Origin: Spironucleus salmonicida | Lineage: Eukaryota | Assembly: GCF_000497125.1 (NCBI RefSeq) | Contig: NC_090602.1 | Coordinates: forward strand, 1,240,001-1,304,000 | Length of the DNA stretch: 64,000 nucleotides | Direction: 5' to 3' | Part shown: in pieces, positions 1 to 12,425 of the stretch | Layout of the letters: each line of letters begins with the position of its first letter | Numbering within the stretch: the stretch's first letter is position 1 | Made by a program: the position numbers and the translations under genes | Notes under the pieces: generated by a model | What the model was told of the DNA's origin: nothing | Database searches by the model: none | The model's input: the letters and a program-made list of their open reading frames with translations, nothing else

Positions 1-796
1 TACCTTTAAAGTTAAGGGCTTTAGCCTTTTCATAAAACTTATGGGCTAGGCGAGGATAAATTAAAATACCACCACAGTCGATGTCTTCAGTTTGCTTTAA
101 ACCTACTTCTACACAAGATCTCATAGTTTCCCAACATTTTAAGAAGTGTGTCTAAATAAGAACATCCTAAATTACTTTATCATGGGCGAATTACCCTTTT
201 AAATGCTAGTCCATAAGGATTTTAGGAAGACCTAATTTACTTAAAGGTTCTCTATTCTCAATATCATAGACTAAATGTTATAAAGTCATTTATTTTTCAG
301 CACAGTACTTGACATAATCAGAGAACAATCTGAAGTTACCAAAAGTTGGCGTATTACCGGATGATTTTTTCTTAAGAGACTCCGAAGTATCATTAGCTGG
401 TTTAAGATTATTAACATCTGTGGCATCACCGTCTTCAAGAATACCACCACCTACAGAATACCAAACGCGATCACCTATAACTTTATTGGCCTGATCTAAG
501 GCTTAGAAATGTAAGCCGTTAGTATGCGCAGGCAATCTATGTTCCATATGCCATTCTATTTTGCACTTATCTCCAAGTACCTATAAAATAGCATAATCAG
601 TTTTATGTCCAGATCCAGTTAATGCCAGAGAACCATATAAATGTGCAATATATTTAGGTGCTGAAGGATAAAGAGACTGGAATAGCTCAGCTGCTTTCTT
701 AGGGCCCATAGTATGAGATGAAGATGGTCCAGAACCAATTTTGTATAAAGTTCTAAGAGAATCCATATCACGATGGCAGGGTTCATAGCATGCCAT
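1..796 (-). CDS. sdaA: Iron-sulfur-dependent L-serine dehydratase (bacterial SdaA type); 3' end lies beyond the window start
   Basis: The motifs YKIGSGPSSSHTMGP, LYGSLALTGSGHKTD, LPAHTNGL and WYSVGGG lie in one frame when TAA/TAG are read as Gln. Confidence 0.9.
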
Positions 797-1036
797 ATTT
801 ATACGGAGTGGAATAACTTGATAGTCTAATTTATAGTATTATAATAGAATTTATCACTGATTCACATTATAATTAATGAATTAAAAGGTATTTACATTAT
901 AAATATTAGTTTTACGGTAAACAAAAAATTTATAACACAGTATTATATATATTAAATTTATTTAATATATTTTGTGAAATGAAGAAATCACAAATCTCAA
1001 AGTATACATAATAGTATATAAAATTCGATAGATATA

Positions 1037-3493
1037 TCATTCTTAGTCGTTAAGCAAGTTTCCTGCAACATCATCATTTCCGAACAAATCTTCGTTATTT
1101 CCCATATCAGGTTAGTCTTCTACGACTTTTAATTTATTGTCAGCAATACGAGCGGCTTGTGCAGTCTCTAATTTAGTATTGGATAATGTGTTATCATTAG
1201 ATTGACCTAAACCCCCTGCTTAAACCTTTTCTAATCTACCTTACCATTGGTTGGCTTCATCATTTTAGCCTAATGTCTATAGACAAACTATCAAGTATTT
1301 TATAGCATCAATGCATGCAGGCCATTTCTTCAAGATTTTTCTATATTCTTCGGTAGCTTCTCTAGTTTGATTAGTTTTTCTTAAGCAAGCAGCAGCAGAT
1401 AAAAACCATGTAGGAGTCAAATAATCTACTTAAGCACCCTTCTCGAAACACAACCTTGCTTACTCATATAATTCTTATCTAACATAATAGCTACCTAACC
1501 ATTTAATGATATCTAAATTATAAGGTACTAATCTATGAGCCTCCTTGAAATAATGAGCACCTTAGCTTTCTTCTCCTAAAATTTGGTGTAATTCTCCTAA
1601 TCTAGAAAAAACACAAGGATCCTGAGTGTTGTAATTTAAGTAATAAGTCTATAAGCTATTAAGCATAACTACAGCCTCTTCAATCTTAGTTAATTTTATC
1701 AAGCATTCGGCACTCATAAATAAAGCATCAGTTTGCTATGGAATTCTAGTAATGACCTTAGTAAATTGAATCAAAGCACTTTCATATTCTTGTTTCTTGA
1801 AGTAAACTAAGCCACTGTTATAAACAGCCTATAAACAGTCAGGGTTCATCTCATACGCCTCATCAAATTCTTTCAAGCTAGCATCCCAGCGATCAAGTTT
1901 TGCCAGAGTGCAACCTAGATTTACCTTAGCAAACGAGTCGAAAGGATCAACTAAAATTGCTGTTGTAGAGTGAGCAAAAGATGCTTCGAAATCACCTTTT
2001 AAATAGTGGATGAAGGCGATGTTTGTATGAACACCTCTTGGTACAAAAGTTGCATAAGGTATTTTGTTTTTCTTCTCAACAAAGTCAGTGGCTACGACTT
2101 TTTTGGCAGATAGTTGACGTTCTTTCTCCATATCCATATAATTTTATGATTTGTTATTAGTTTTGATTAGGTTTTTATCAATTCCAAGCGCTTCTGCAGC
2201 TTCTTCTTGAGGCTTTTGCTGTTCTGCAGCAGCAGCAATTGTTAAAGATATGTTACGAGAACGTTCTAAAACTTATTAAGGCACATTAATACCCATTGAA
2301 AGAGCAGACTCTAAACCAATTCTATCAATATCCATCATTGTTGTAGTTGCCTGTTCAAAGTTGTTATTTTCTAATAAGTAAAGTGCTTTAGACATTAAGA
2401 CTTAAAGTGAAAGTGTTTAGTGACCTTTTTCTTTAAGAAGATCTGCCAAACGCTCATAACCATCTATCTCTTTATTACAAATAACAGGAGCTAATAAGCG
2501 AGAAGCGGAAAGTAACTTTGAGCGCTATTCATGTCTAACAGAAGCATTGTATCTACTTAAGTCATCTAATTCATCATCACCTCCATTATTCATGACATTA
2601 TCTCCCATATACGCATTATCATCTTCATCATTATCATCAAACATATCTGGATTATCACCAATAAGCTAACATGTCTCAATTAAACGTTTAAATGCTTCCA
2701 TCATTTACCTTTAATCATTAATCGCATAGTAGCAAATTATTAATGTGTAGATAGGTTTAAATTTAGTCATCAATGCATATATATTGATTTTGTCGGTTTC
2801 TTCATTTTTACTGTTTACTAATGAAATGCTCTTAATTAAGTTCTCTTCAATGGCGTCAACTGCCTAATTCCATCGATCCAATTTGACTTAAGTAATAGCG
2901 ATCTATTGGGCAATCATTTGTCTTAATCTTGCATATTCAGGCGGTGCGACATCTAATGCCATACTATAAACTCTGTGAGCTTTTTCATAATCACTTTTAT
3001 AAAAATAAATATTACCCATAGTCATACGAACTTCAGCCATTTCCTATTTTTCACATTGCTTAAGCATTCTTTCACATTAAACTAAGGCCTAATCATATTA
3101 TTTGGCTAAGATAAATACTTTACAAACATGTCTTCTAATACAGCAATCTAATTTCATGTTAGAAGGCTACATTATTTCTTATTACTAAGTAGCAATGTGA
3201 ATTTTCTTAAGTTGTCCCAAGAAAGATAGAGATTCTTATAACTTAGCAACAGCTTACGAAAATTAATTTTAGTCACAAAGAATCATAGCATCTCTAATGT
3301 TCTGGTAAATCGAGATTTCTATTTGCTCTGCCTACTTCTCAGGCGAGGAAACATTATCCTCTTCAGGGAGCCCATCAAAGGCAGATTTTTCTTTATTTTA
3401 CTTGGAATACCCTGCTGATTTGACAGATGACATAGGTCGTGCCATCATATCAGCACCTGTTTTCAAGGATGAGGTTGGGCGGTACGGTTGCAT
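1037..3493 (-). CDS. IFT88: Intraflagellar transport protein 88 (TPR protein), 818 aa
   Basis: N-terminus MQPYRPTSSLKTG..ARPMSSVKSAGYS; TPR arrays (AKVNLGC, AVYNSGLVYFK); ATG 3493 and TGA 1037-1039 are in frame with the supplied ORF 1829-2137. Confidence 0.88.
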
Positions 3494-3503
3494 TAAAATT
3501 CGA

Positions 3504-3520
3504 AGCGAAATTTTCAAATA
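3504..3520 (-). promoter_or_regulatory. TATTTGAAAATTTCGCT element 10 nt upstream of the IFT88 ATG
   Basis: An identical 17-mer occurs at 6763-6779. Confidence 0.5.
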
Positions 3521-3603
3521 ATTATTATATAATATAAATCATATTCCTACCAAAAAATTTACTTCCCAAAATATCATTATCTTCCAACTCCCCAACCTTC
3601 AAA

Positions 3604-4992
3604 ATGTCATTTCCGGAATTCCTGAGAACACTAAGGCGCCTACAACAGCAGGAGAAGGCAGTCACAATCGACCTCCAAACAACGATCTAGCACGCCAAGC
3701 ACTCACAGAAAATCCTGCATTTCCTGAGCCAAACTGACCGCCTGGCGGCCTAAGAGCGCGCTTCCGAGCAGCTCCGCGTATCGCAGCATCTGTAAATGCT
3801 CTCCAAGCAACTATCCATCGTTGATACGGCGATAAAATCCGCCCCATCAAATCTAAAAGCCCTGCTGCTGACGACGGAGGGAAATTTGACAGCGGCGCGG
3901 TCTGGCTGGGTCCAAGCCCGGGACGCACTGGATTTGCGCGGGCAGTCGCTTTCTGACGAAATTGAAGCTAGTTTCCGGCGCTACGAAGCCGCGGAGCGCG
4001 CTGTGAGGCTCGAAAAGCCAGTTTTGCAGGTCGCGAGGAAGCAAATTCCGGCCAAGTCGAAAATTCTACAGTAAATCAGCGATGAACTCGAGCGTATCAA
4101 GTACCCGCACGGCGGTTGGACGCAGGAGCAGCACGAGCGCTTCTACGTGCAGTGGCTTAACTCGAAAACTGGTAATCGACGCCGTTTCTGCGAGCTCCTG
4201 ACGAAAAAGCTCCCAGAATTCACCATCGGCGCCCTGCTACGCCACGACGACTTCTGCTTCCAAGTTGCAGAACTTTTGGATAAGAAGAAAAAAGAAATTT
4301 AGAAGTGGAAAGTCAAAAAAGAATTGGAATTTTCGAGCGAAAATCAAAATTTCGACGAAAATTCTCAGCCGAAAAGTGACAAAAAAGATGAGCTGAAAAT
4401 CGAAAAACTGCGCGCTTTCCGCGAGCAAAAGCTGATGGCTGCTAACGACGTTCTGAGCGAGCAACTGCGGCAGAAAATTGCAAGTTTGAAGGAGCTGAAA
4501 CGCGCAAAAATGAACGCGCAAAAAGCCTTCAAACAGCGCCAAATCGACCTCGAAATTCGCAAAAACCAGCAGCTGGAAATTGCGAATTTGGCGATTCGCG
4601 AGCAGGAGGAGGCGCTTCTGAGGCGCAAAATGGGCATCCAAACGGAGGCCGAAATCGCGAAAAAACGTCAGTCGGAAAAGCGGCTGAAAGAAACGGAAAA
4701 CGAAATTCAGCGGATTCGAATTCTGAAAAATGAAGCGATTTTGCAGAAATAGGCCGATTCTGAGCGGATTCGGAGGCTGCATGAGAACGCTCGCAGGGGC
4801 GCGCCAGAAGCTGTTCGCGACGTCGAGCGGCTTTACCGGCCCACAATGGCCCAAAAGCAGCGGATTGAGGACGTCAAAAAAGTGAAAGAAGCGAAAAAGG
4901 AGGGAAATGGCCGCTTTGGAGACGTCAACGTCGGATATGACCCGTTCGCGGTGATCCCGATAGCCGGCGGACTGAAAAGAGGCGGTTGGTGA
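3604..4992 (+). CDS. Coiled-coil protein, CCDC112-like, 462 aa
   Basis: Continuous code-6 frame with the motif YPHGGWTQEQHERF followed by a long charged coiled coil. Confidence 0.6.
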
Positions 4993-4996
4993 GTTG

Positions 4997-5041
4997 TATA
5001 TATTATCATATAATAATTAAATGTAAACTCCACTCCAATAA
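4997..5041 (+). promoter_or_regulatory. Typical compact promoter: AT-rich/TATA-like tract, then a C-rich element (CTCCACTCC) just before the ATG
   Basis: The same arrangement occurs before ATGs at 796, 3604, 6905, 8729, 45243, 46369, 51104 and 54464. Confidence 0.6.
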
Positions 5042-5581
5042 ATGTTGATTCTACTTCTCTAGGAATAGATCACCATCGACCTACCGGCTACGAGCGTAGA
5101 GTGCTTTTTCCACTATCTGAAGTCCCCAGCCGAAGTCACCGGCTACTACTAAGTCTACCCGACCGATCCAGAGAACCCTCTGAACATCTCCTTCCAAATA
5201 TCGTCCTTCGCCACGACAGCGCTTTTCGACTCCGACAAGCCGGAGGAGACTTTCTCGTCACCAGCGCATGCCGCGGGGCTCTACAAGTTCTGCTTCACCA
5301 TTTTCGATACGCCGCAGTACCATGAAAAGCTCTTTTTCGAGCTCAATGTCATTGAAATCCGTCAGGAGCATACAAATTTCGGGGAGATTGTAGGTGAATC
5401 GGAGTAGGAGATGACACGGATCCAGACCAACTACAGGAACGCCAGAATCGCCGAGCAGCAGCTCCAAACCTCGCTAAAGTCGGGTATCTGGAAAACGTGG
5501 ATCTGGAGCATGGTGGAGGTGGCTACGTTCGCGTTCATTCTGGGCACGTAGGCGCTCTGGATCGTCAAGCTCACCAAGTGA
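5042..5581 (+). CDS. p24/emp24/gp25L family (GOLD domain) cargo receptor, 179 aa
   Basis: ITIDLPATSVECFF ... GLYKFCF GOLD cysteines, then a coiled coil and a C-terminal TM helix (WIWSMVEVATFAFILGTQALWIV). Confidence 0.85.
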
Positions 5582-5585
5582 GAAC

Positions 5586-6755
5586 TCAGTTTTAGTCACT
5601 CAAAATATGTATCTCCCCGTTGTAGTTCCCCACGGCGACAGTTGAGCCGTCGTAGCTGGCTGCTATGAAGCTAATGTTGCCGCACGCAAATTCGGTTTTC
5701 GTGTCCTTTTCTACATTCCAAATCGTCAGCTTCTCGGCGGCCACGATGAGTTTCTGGTGCTGGCTTGGGTTCAAAAAGAGCAGCTGTGTGACGCCGGAGA
5801 TTTGCAGCGATTTTCCGTTGCATTTTACACCGTTTTCGTCGGCTACTGCGTACATTTCACCGTCCACGGTAAGCGAAACCGCGCGAATCCGCGTGTTTTC
5901 TTGGTTCCGGGCGGAGCTTCCGGCTTGTAAATCGGCTTTCCACTCACCATTTTCGAATCCGCAGATTACGCTTTTACCAACGCAAGCAACCGATGTGCAG
6001 GCGCTGGCGCAGCTCATATCTGGGGCCTTGATTTTTGCAGAATTGAGCCTTGTGACCCGTATATCGGCTACCAGAACGGTACCGTCTAAACTAGCCGTTA
6101 GGTACTTGTGGTTCGAGTACTGAAAGCAGCCCAAAACGCTGCTTTGGTGCTTCTGAACCAGCAGTTTTTGGTCGTTTCTGAATGAAAAAACCGAGCCATC
6201 GAAGCACGATATGAAGAGGTCCTTGGAACTGTTAAAATACACACCGATGGGGGTCGATTTAGTGGTGGTCTGGAACAGAAATTTTGCGGTGAAATCGTAG
6301 ATTTTCACATACTTCGAGAGGTGCGTGACCGCGATTTGCTCGCCATTTTCGGCCAGCGCGAGCGGCCGCGAGTCTAGCTCGAGCTGCGTGTTAGCGCTGC
6401 CGGCAACGGTCAAATCTGTGATTATCAGAACGCAGTCCTGGCCGATTGAAACGATTTTGTTCTATCGCGAAATCGCGATTTGGACTACCGGCGAAACGTG
6501 ATTGTTGTATACTTTTCGGAGCTTGAATTTGCTTGTTTTGGCGTTTTATTGCGCTAGCTATTTCGCGAAGTGCTTTGCCTCCTTTTTGTATATTGAGAAG
6601 AGCTTGTTCTGGCTAATGAGGTAGTTGAAAATTTCCTTCGCGCTCGTGCAGGCCCGCGGAATCGGGAATTAAAAGGTTTCAGTGACGTTTTGAGATGAGC
6701 AGGTGGCGATTATTTTTGGTGGAAAATACTGCAGTGAGATTTCGGTGAGTTTCAT
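5586..6755 (-). CDS. WD40 protein, DAW1/ODA16 (WDR69)-like, 389 aa
   Basis: N-terminus MKLTEISLQYFPPKII resembles the ODA16/DAW1 MKL..LRYYPPGI start; FKLRKVYNNHVSPV leads into WD repeats (LTASLDGTV). Confidence 0.6.
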
Positions 6756-6762
6756 TTTATGG

Positions 6763-6779
6763 AGCGAAATTTTCAAATA
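6763..6779 (-). promoter_or_regulatory. TATTTGAAAATTTCGCT element 7 nt upstream of the DAW1-like ATG
   Basis: An identical 17-mer occurs at 3504-3520. Confidence 0.5.
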
Positions 6780-6904
6780 TGTGGAGTTGAACTCCTTGGT
6801 GGCTGGAAGTTAACTAAAAGATAATATAAAAAAATTCAGGATGTCTGAAATTGTACTTACTTCTCTATATCTGTTCAAAATGGGCCATTTCGTTTCCCCT
6901 TTCA

Positions 6905-8686
6905 ATGGATAACAGCGAGTCATTCTCGAGCAGCTTCTCCAAATCCACTAAAACGGTCATCGCGCCCGACCTCTTCAAGCTGCAGGCAGGCGTAACTACT
7001 ATCAGGACGAAGTCATGGACTGACACGAATAAGCCTGCTCCAAAAGCTACTACTCAGGTCCCTGCATAAAAATCTCAGCAAATAACCGATTCGGAGCTGC
7101 CCGTATGCTCGTCACCGCAGAAAATTACATTGACTGAGCTACCTTCCTTCCAGAAGTTCTTCCCGCGTGTAAACGAGCTCGTGATGCCTTCGCTAACGTA
7201 GCCATATCTCTTCAAACCATCTTCACCACCGGTTGGCATATTGCTCACTGGCCCCTGTGGATGCGGGAAAACAGCTTTCGCGAACGCGATTGCAAATGAA
7301 TTTCTGAGTTCTATTCCAAAGTTGTCATTTTTCGGCGTCATTGGTACTTAGCTGATAGCAAGTAAAACTGGAGACACAGAACGCCAAATACGGGAGATTT
7401 TCGCTCTTGCCGAAGCAGCTAATCCCAGTATCATTTTAATCGATTAGTTAGAGGCGATTGCTGCTGATAGCTCGGGTAGTACTAGAGAATACGAAAGACG
7501 TGTAGTTGCGTAGTTGTGCACTTGTTTGGATAGTGTTAAAAATGTTTTCGTTATTGCGACAGCTCAGGAGGCTGGAAAGATAGATAAACAGCTGCGGAGG
7601 CCTGGGCGGTTCGACTGTGAAATCGAAATTCCAATTCCTGGAAGAGCTGATAGGCAGTTGGTCATTTAACAGATAGTGGGAAATTCACTCGAAAAGGCTG
7701 AGGTTGCGTAGTTGGCAAGGATTACACCTGGATACGTACCTGCTGATTTGCGCGCTTTGCACAGGGAGGCTGTTATTTATATGTGGAAAAATGATATACA
7801 AATGAATATGGTGTGCTTTGAGTAAAGTATTAATATGGTGCAACCAATTTCGCGTAGAGAGGGTTTAGCTACTGTTCCAGATACTTCTTTAGATGATATT
7901 GGAGGTTTGGTTTAGGTTAAAAAAGAGTTAGATCTGTGGATTTTGAAACCTATTTAGAATCCAGAATTTTATAAATAACTAGGCTTGTAAACAAGTGCTG
8001 GCGTGATTTTGTATGGCGCACCAGGAAACGGGAAGACTTTACTTGGAAAAGCTCTTGCAAACTAGGCTGAGTGCAACTTTATTTCTGTAAAAGGTCCAGA
8101 ATTACTTAATTAGTATGTTGGTGAATCTGAAAGAGCTGTAAGATAGTTATTTGAAAAAGCAAGGTCAGCCCGACCTGTTATTGTTTTCTTAGATGAATGC
8201 GAATGCCTATGTAGATAAAGAGGGTCTGGTTCAAATTCTGAAGTAACTGATCGTGTTGTAAATTAATTTTTAACAGAATTGGATGGTGTTTGTAGCGATC
8301 GTGAAGGAGTATTTGTTGTAGCTGCTACGAATAGAGTAGATCTGCTAGATAGGGCTATTATGAGACCTGGGAGACTTGAGAAAGCCATCTATGTGCCGTT
8401 ACCAAATTTGTCAGAGCGTGTCGATATATTGCGAAAGCTTATGGGTAAATGTAAAATTTGCAGTGATGTAAATAACGCTGTTTTGGAAAAAATATGTGAA
8501 AACATGGAAGGGTTTTCTGGTGCAGATTTACAGGCAGTAGTAAGGGAGGGAGGGCTAAATTGTGTTAGTAGGAATGGTGTTGAGATAAATGCTGAAGATT
8601 TTGTAATTGGATCCGGAAAAGTAAGAAGAAGCGTCTCAGATTAAGATTTACACTATTACAAATAATAAGAAAAGTAAATGCAGTGA
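6905..8686 (+). CDS. NVL: Double-ring AAA+ ATPase, NVL/Rix7 (ribosome biogenesis) type, 593 aa
   Basis: Two Walker A motifs (GPCGCGKT, GAPGNGKT), QPISRREGLATVPD linker, [38 protein letters not shown]. Confidence 0.88.
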
Positions 8687-8728
8687 GCTATTATATTATA
8701 GATATGATATTTATTCCCTTTCACTAAA

Positions 8729-10243
8729 ATGTCCATAGACAAACAAGTTTATTAGGCACGTTTTGACAAGCCAGATCACGCATGTAAGTTATTTCCAACT
8801 GATCCAACATCTAGAATTATTGCAGAGTAAACTCTTACTGCTATTCCAATGCTCCCATACGCAGAACTTTATGATCTTCATACTGACAAACCAGAAGTAG
8901 TAAAATCATCTTTGTATAGAACTTTAAGCGCCCATTTATCTCCAAATTTAGAACTCCATCAAAATTAACTATTCCCAATTCATTAAATATTGCGCTAAAT
9001 AACTGGAAATGATCCGAGCTCACCAGGGTTTCTGGGAGCTATAGCGCGCTAGAAGCTACATTTTAAGTCATTTTTACCATGGTTTTATCCAGAATAGACT
9101 GGCCTAATCTACGACTACCTAAGATAAGTCTAGGAGCATCAGCGACTTCACCAGCTTATCCTTAATAATAATCTAATAAACGATCATTTCTACCACTTTT
9201 TGACTGTTTTAGAACTTGAAGAGTTAGCGTTACGTCTTCCAAATCAGTTAACGTTCCTTACGCTCTTAACTTACATTGAAAAGCTAAATTTCAGTGAATT
9301 TGACCTCGTAGCTAACTTTCCTACCTAAAATCAAGATCTTCTGGCTCATATTTAAGCCTTCTAATTGAATTCCCTCCCAACCAATAAATTAGCTCAACTT
9401 TCACTATATTTTCGAAACCTAGCAATCAATATCCTCCCGAATCACGACCTTTTAATTAACCATAACTTCATTTAAACCTTAAATTCTGTTTAAGCTATTT
9501 ATATTCACTTCGAGCATTTTGTCTCTTCGGAGCAATTTCATTCCTAATTTTCGCTGTTTTAGCAGCAGCTTTTACACTCGAAAAAATAATTTTTCTAACT
9601 TCTTTTGAAGCTTTTCTAGTTATCAAAATTCAAGTAATTTGAGCTCGAAATTTACACTCAAATTTTTGAAGACTCCTACTCGTTTGTAGATTAAAATTTT
9701 GATTCAGCAGCGTTCACTTTCTTCGTTTTTTGTTCAGCTAGATATGTATTTTTGCTTAATCAGAATAATAGAAAATTTTCTTTCGTGTATGACAAGATTT
9801 TAAAGCTTATTAATACTGACAGATAGATTCTGATCGATTTAGAAGCAAATACGAGCGAAATCGACTAAATTTATCGGAATTTGACGAGTTTTAATTAGCA
9901 AGAAATGATGATTTAAACATAGAAAAATCGTTCATAGAAATAATTTATTATGCTTATTAAATAATATTAAATGAAAGGTATAAACTTGATTGACTAAGAG
10001 TCTATAAATCAATTTGAGCAAATAGTTTTCAAATCTAGCGATTAGATTTAAATTGGTTATAGTGGGCTCTTAAGCAGGGTTTAGTAGAGAGTAGATTTGG
10101 ACCGTTTTTCGAACAATATTGATGTTTCAAATTTGAAAAAATTTTATTTCAATTGCAACAGAACTGAAGGCGAAGAATCTGGTAAAGCTGTTAGTATGTT
10201 TAACATGTTACAGGCAATGATTGGTACCAGTTGTTTAGAATGA
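8729..10243 (+). CDS. Hypothetical protein, 504 aa
   Basis: ATG follows a C-rich element; 5' and 3' portions read open in code 6 to TGA 10241-10243; no family recognised. Confidence 0.65.
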
Positions 10244-10764
10244 TTGATTAACTATTAGTTCATGTATATATTTTCTGTTATGCTGGAATGAAAATTAGAT
10301 GCTATATTCAAGTGTTTTTATCTAACATGGAATGATTGATACCTAATGCATTCTATATTTGTAAGTAACTGTTTTTTTTCCTTGTTAGCCTAGAAATATC
10401 AAAATTGAAGACTACGATTATTTGAAATTTTGGAGAAAGAATACAGTATATGCATATTTAATATTCTTAAATTAAATTTTTTGACGTATATTATAATTTA
10501 ATTAAATATTTATTTTACTTGAATGGAATCAATAAGTTTATAAAAGAATATATAAAAACTGAATCTTACTAGCAAATTATATGATTATACAAATTTTTGT
10601 TTAAAATAATGGCATCCTCAAAATCTTAAGATAGAAATTCTTAATTTAGAAATATTATTAAAGTATAATTATATTATCTATACTTTTGTGTAATTCTTAA
10701 TTTTCTTTTTACAATTTTCTTTTATAGATTAATTATGAATACAATAACTACTTCAATTTAGATA

Positions 10765-11040
10765 ATGTTCCTTCTTTTAGCTACTTAAGAATTCACAATA
10801 CCGGGGTCTTTTATTGAATTAAACATTGAGGAAAAACTACCAATATAAGTTTAAGACAAACTAGATGTTTTAATTAGTAAATATGATACATTTGATATTT
10901 TAGCTGTTCACGTTTCAGTGGTTCAAGGTCTATTGTACAAAATCGAAGCTGATATAGAAGGGGAAATAGGGCAAATATTAATGTGGCATAAACTGGATAA
11001 TAATGTTGAATATATCAGCACAAAATGGTTAAATGAGTGA
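10765..11040 (+). CDS. Cystatin-like protein, 91 aa
   Basis: Short hydrophobic N-terminus, N-terminal PG, and VSVVQGLLYKI at the position of the QxVxG loop. Confidence 0.6.
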
Positions 11041-11049
11041 CACAAGACT

Positions 11050-12378
11050 TCACATCAAATCCCATCCACAATGTCTATCTAATACTCTGCTTTTTACTAA
11101 TTCAAAATCTCCTCCCAAGCTCATTACATCACGCATTGTCGACATTATATTTCTACTAGCTGAAAGTTCGTACAAATCTCCTTTTAAATCACTATCTAGT
11201 GTTTAGAACCCATTTTTCATGAAATTTACCATATTCATGTTATTCTTAACCACGGCCCTTTATATTGCTGAATTTTCAGTCTGAATTTCATCTTGAAGAA
11301 TTTCAACTAGCTCTTCATTATTTAATTATACAGCAAACTTAAGAGCAGTATTTCCTTAATTATCAATTATTTTCATCTCAAATTATTTTAAAAACTTTAC
11401 AGACTCAATTTATGTTTTAATAACAGATTTAATAAGTGCTGAATGACCAAATTTGTCCTAAAACCTAGCTTCTTTTTCACAGAGAATAGGAAGTAATTCA
11501 AGTTTTCCTGTTTAAGCTGCAAACATTAAACTAGTCTAATTGTCAGAATCTTAAAGTGTTATTTCATGTAAGGCTAATTTTGAAACCGTTTCTACTTCTT
11601 ATTATGTAAATTTCTATTTTCTTGTTTATTTGCATAACGTCATGAGAGCAGTTTAATTAAATTTATTTCGTAATTTAGCATATTTCTAAAATAAAATCTC
11701 TGTGTTAAGAATATGACCATTTTAGTAGCATTCATCCAAAATTGAATGGTTTGGATTAAATTTTGTATAAGAATATGTTTATGCTATAATTTCTACATTA
11801 CTAGTTTAAATAGCATAAATAAATGGATGTTTTTAGTATTCATCTAATGTATCGCCTAATTATACTCCTAAAACATCAATAAAATCTACTTTTCTATCAA
11901 TAATAGCTTTAGTATATGCAGTTTAACCGTAGACATTAACGTATGTTTCTCTACTTCTACAAAACTAAATTAAAATTTTAGCTGCTTCTGGGGCATTACA
12001 GTCTAGTGCATAAAATATTGGAAGAACCTAATAAGATTGTATAGAATACTCGTAAGCTGCTAAGATATTGACTGCTTGATAATTTTTTAGCATAATTGCG
12101 TGGTATAATGCAGTTTCTGTTCTAATTGATTATACACCCGCTTCATATGGCAATAAAAATCTTACTATATGCAATTAATTATTTTATACTGCAACCTATA
12201 ATGCAGTTTACCCAACTTAGTTAAACTATCTGCTACAGTGTTGTGCTAGATTTTAAATAATATCTAAATGGCCAATTTGGGCTGCATCAAACCACTTTTT
12301 TACACGCGCATCTTTATTATTTGTAGAGAATGTAGAGGCTGTCATAGCATCAAAATCATCTAACTAAAGATCTTGCAT
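11050..12378 (-). CDS. Ankyrin-repeat protein (diplomonad Protein 21.1-like), 442 aa
   Basis: WFDAAQIGHL start, repeated GQTAL/TALM/TSLMFAA motifs and YEAG/EARFQD linkers. Confidence 0.85.
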
Positions 12379-12425
12379 TTTTAGGTACAAAGAGGAAGCT
12401 TATATATGATATATTATATAATCAT

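Noticed and set aside
4237-4854. Minus-strand ORFs over the CCDC112-like gene, and similar shadows at 5665, 39380, 41541 and 48454
   Set aside because: Antisense shadows of real genes, produced by GC-rich or coiled-coil codon patterns.
6779-6855. Box C/D snoRNA between the DAW1-like and NVL genes
   Set aside because: A CTGA and small palindromes are present but no clear box C; the region is adequately explained as a divergent promoter.
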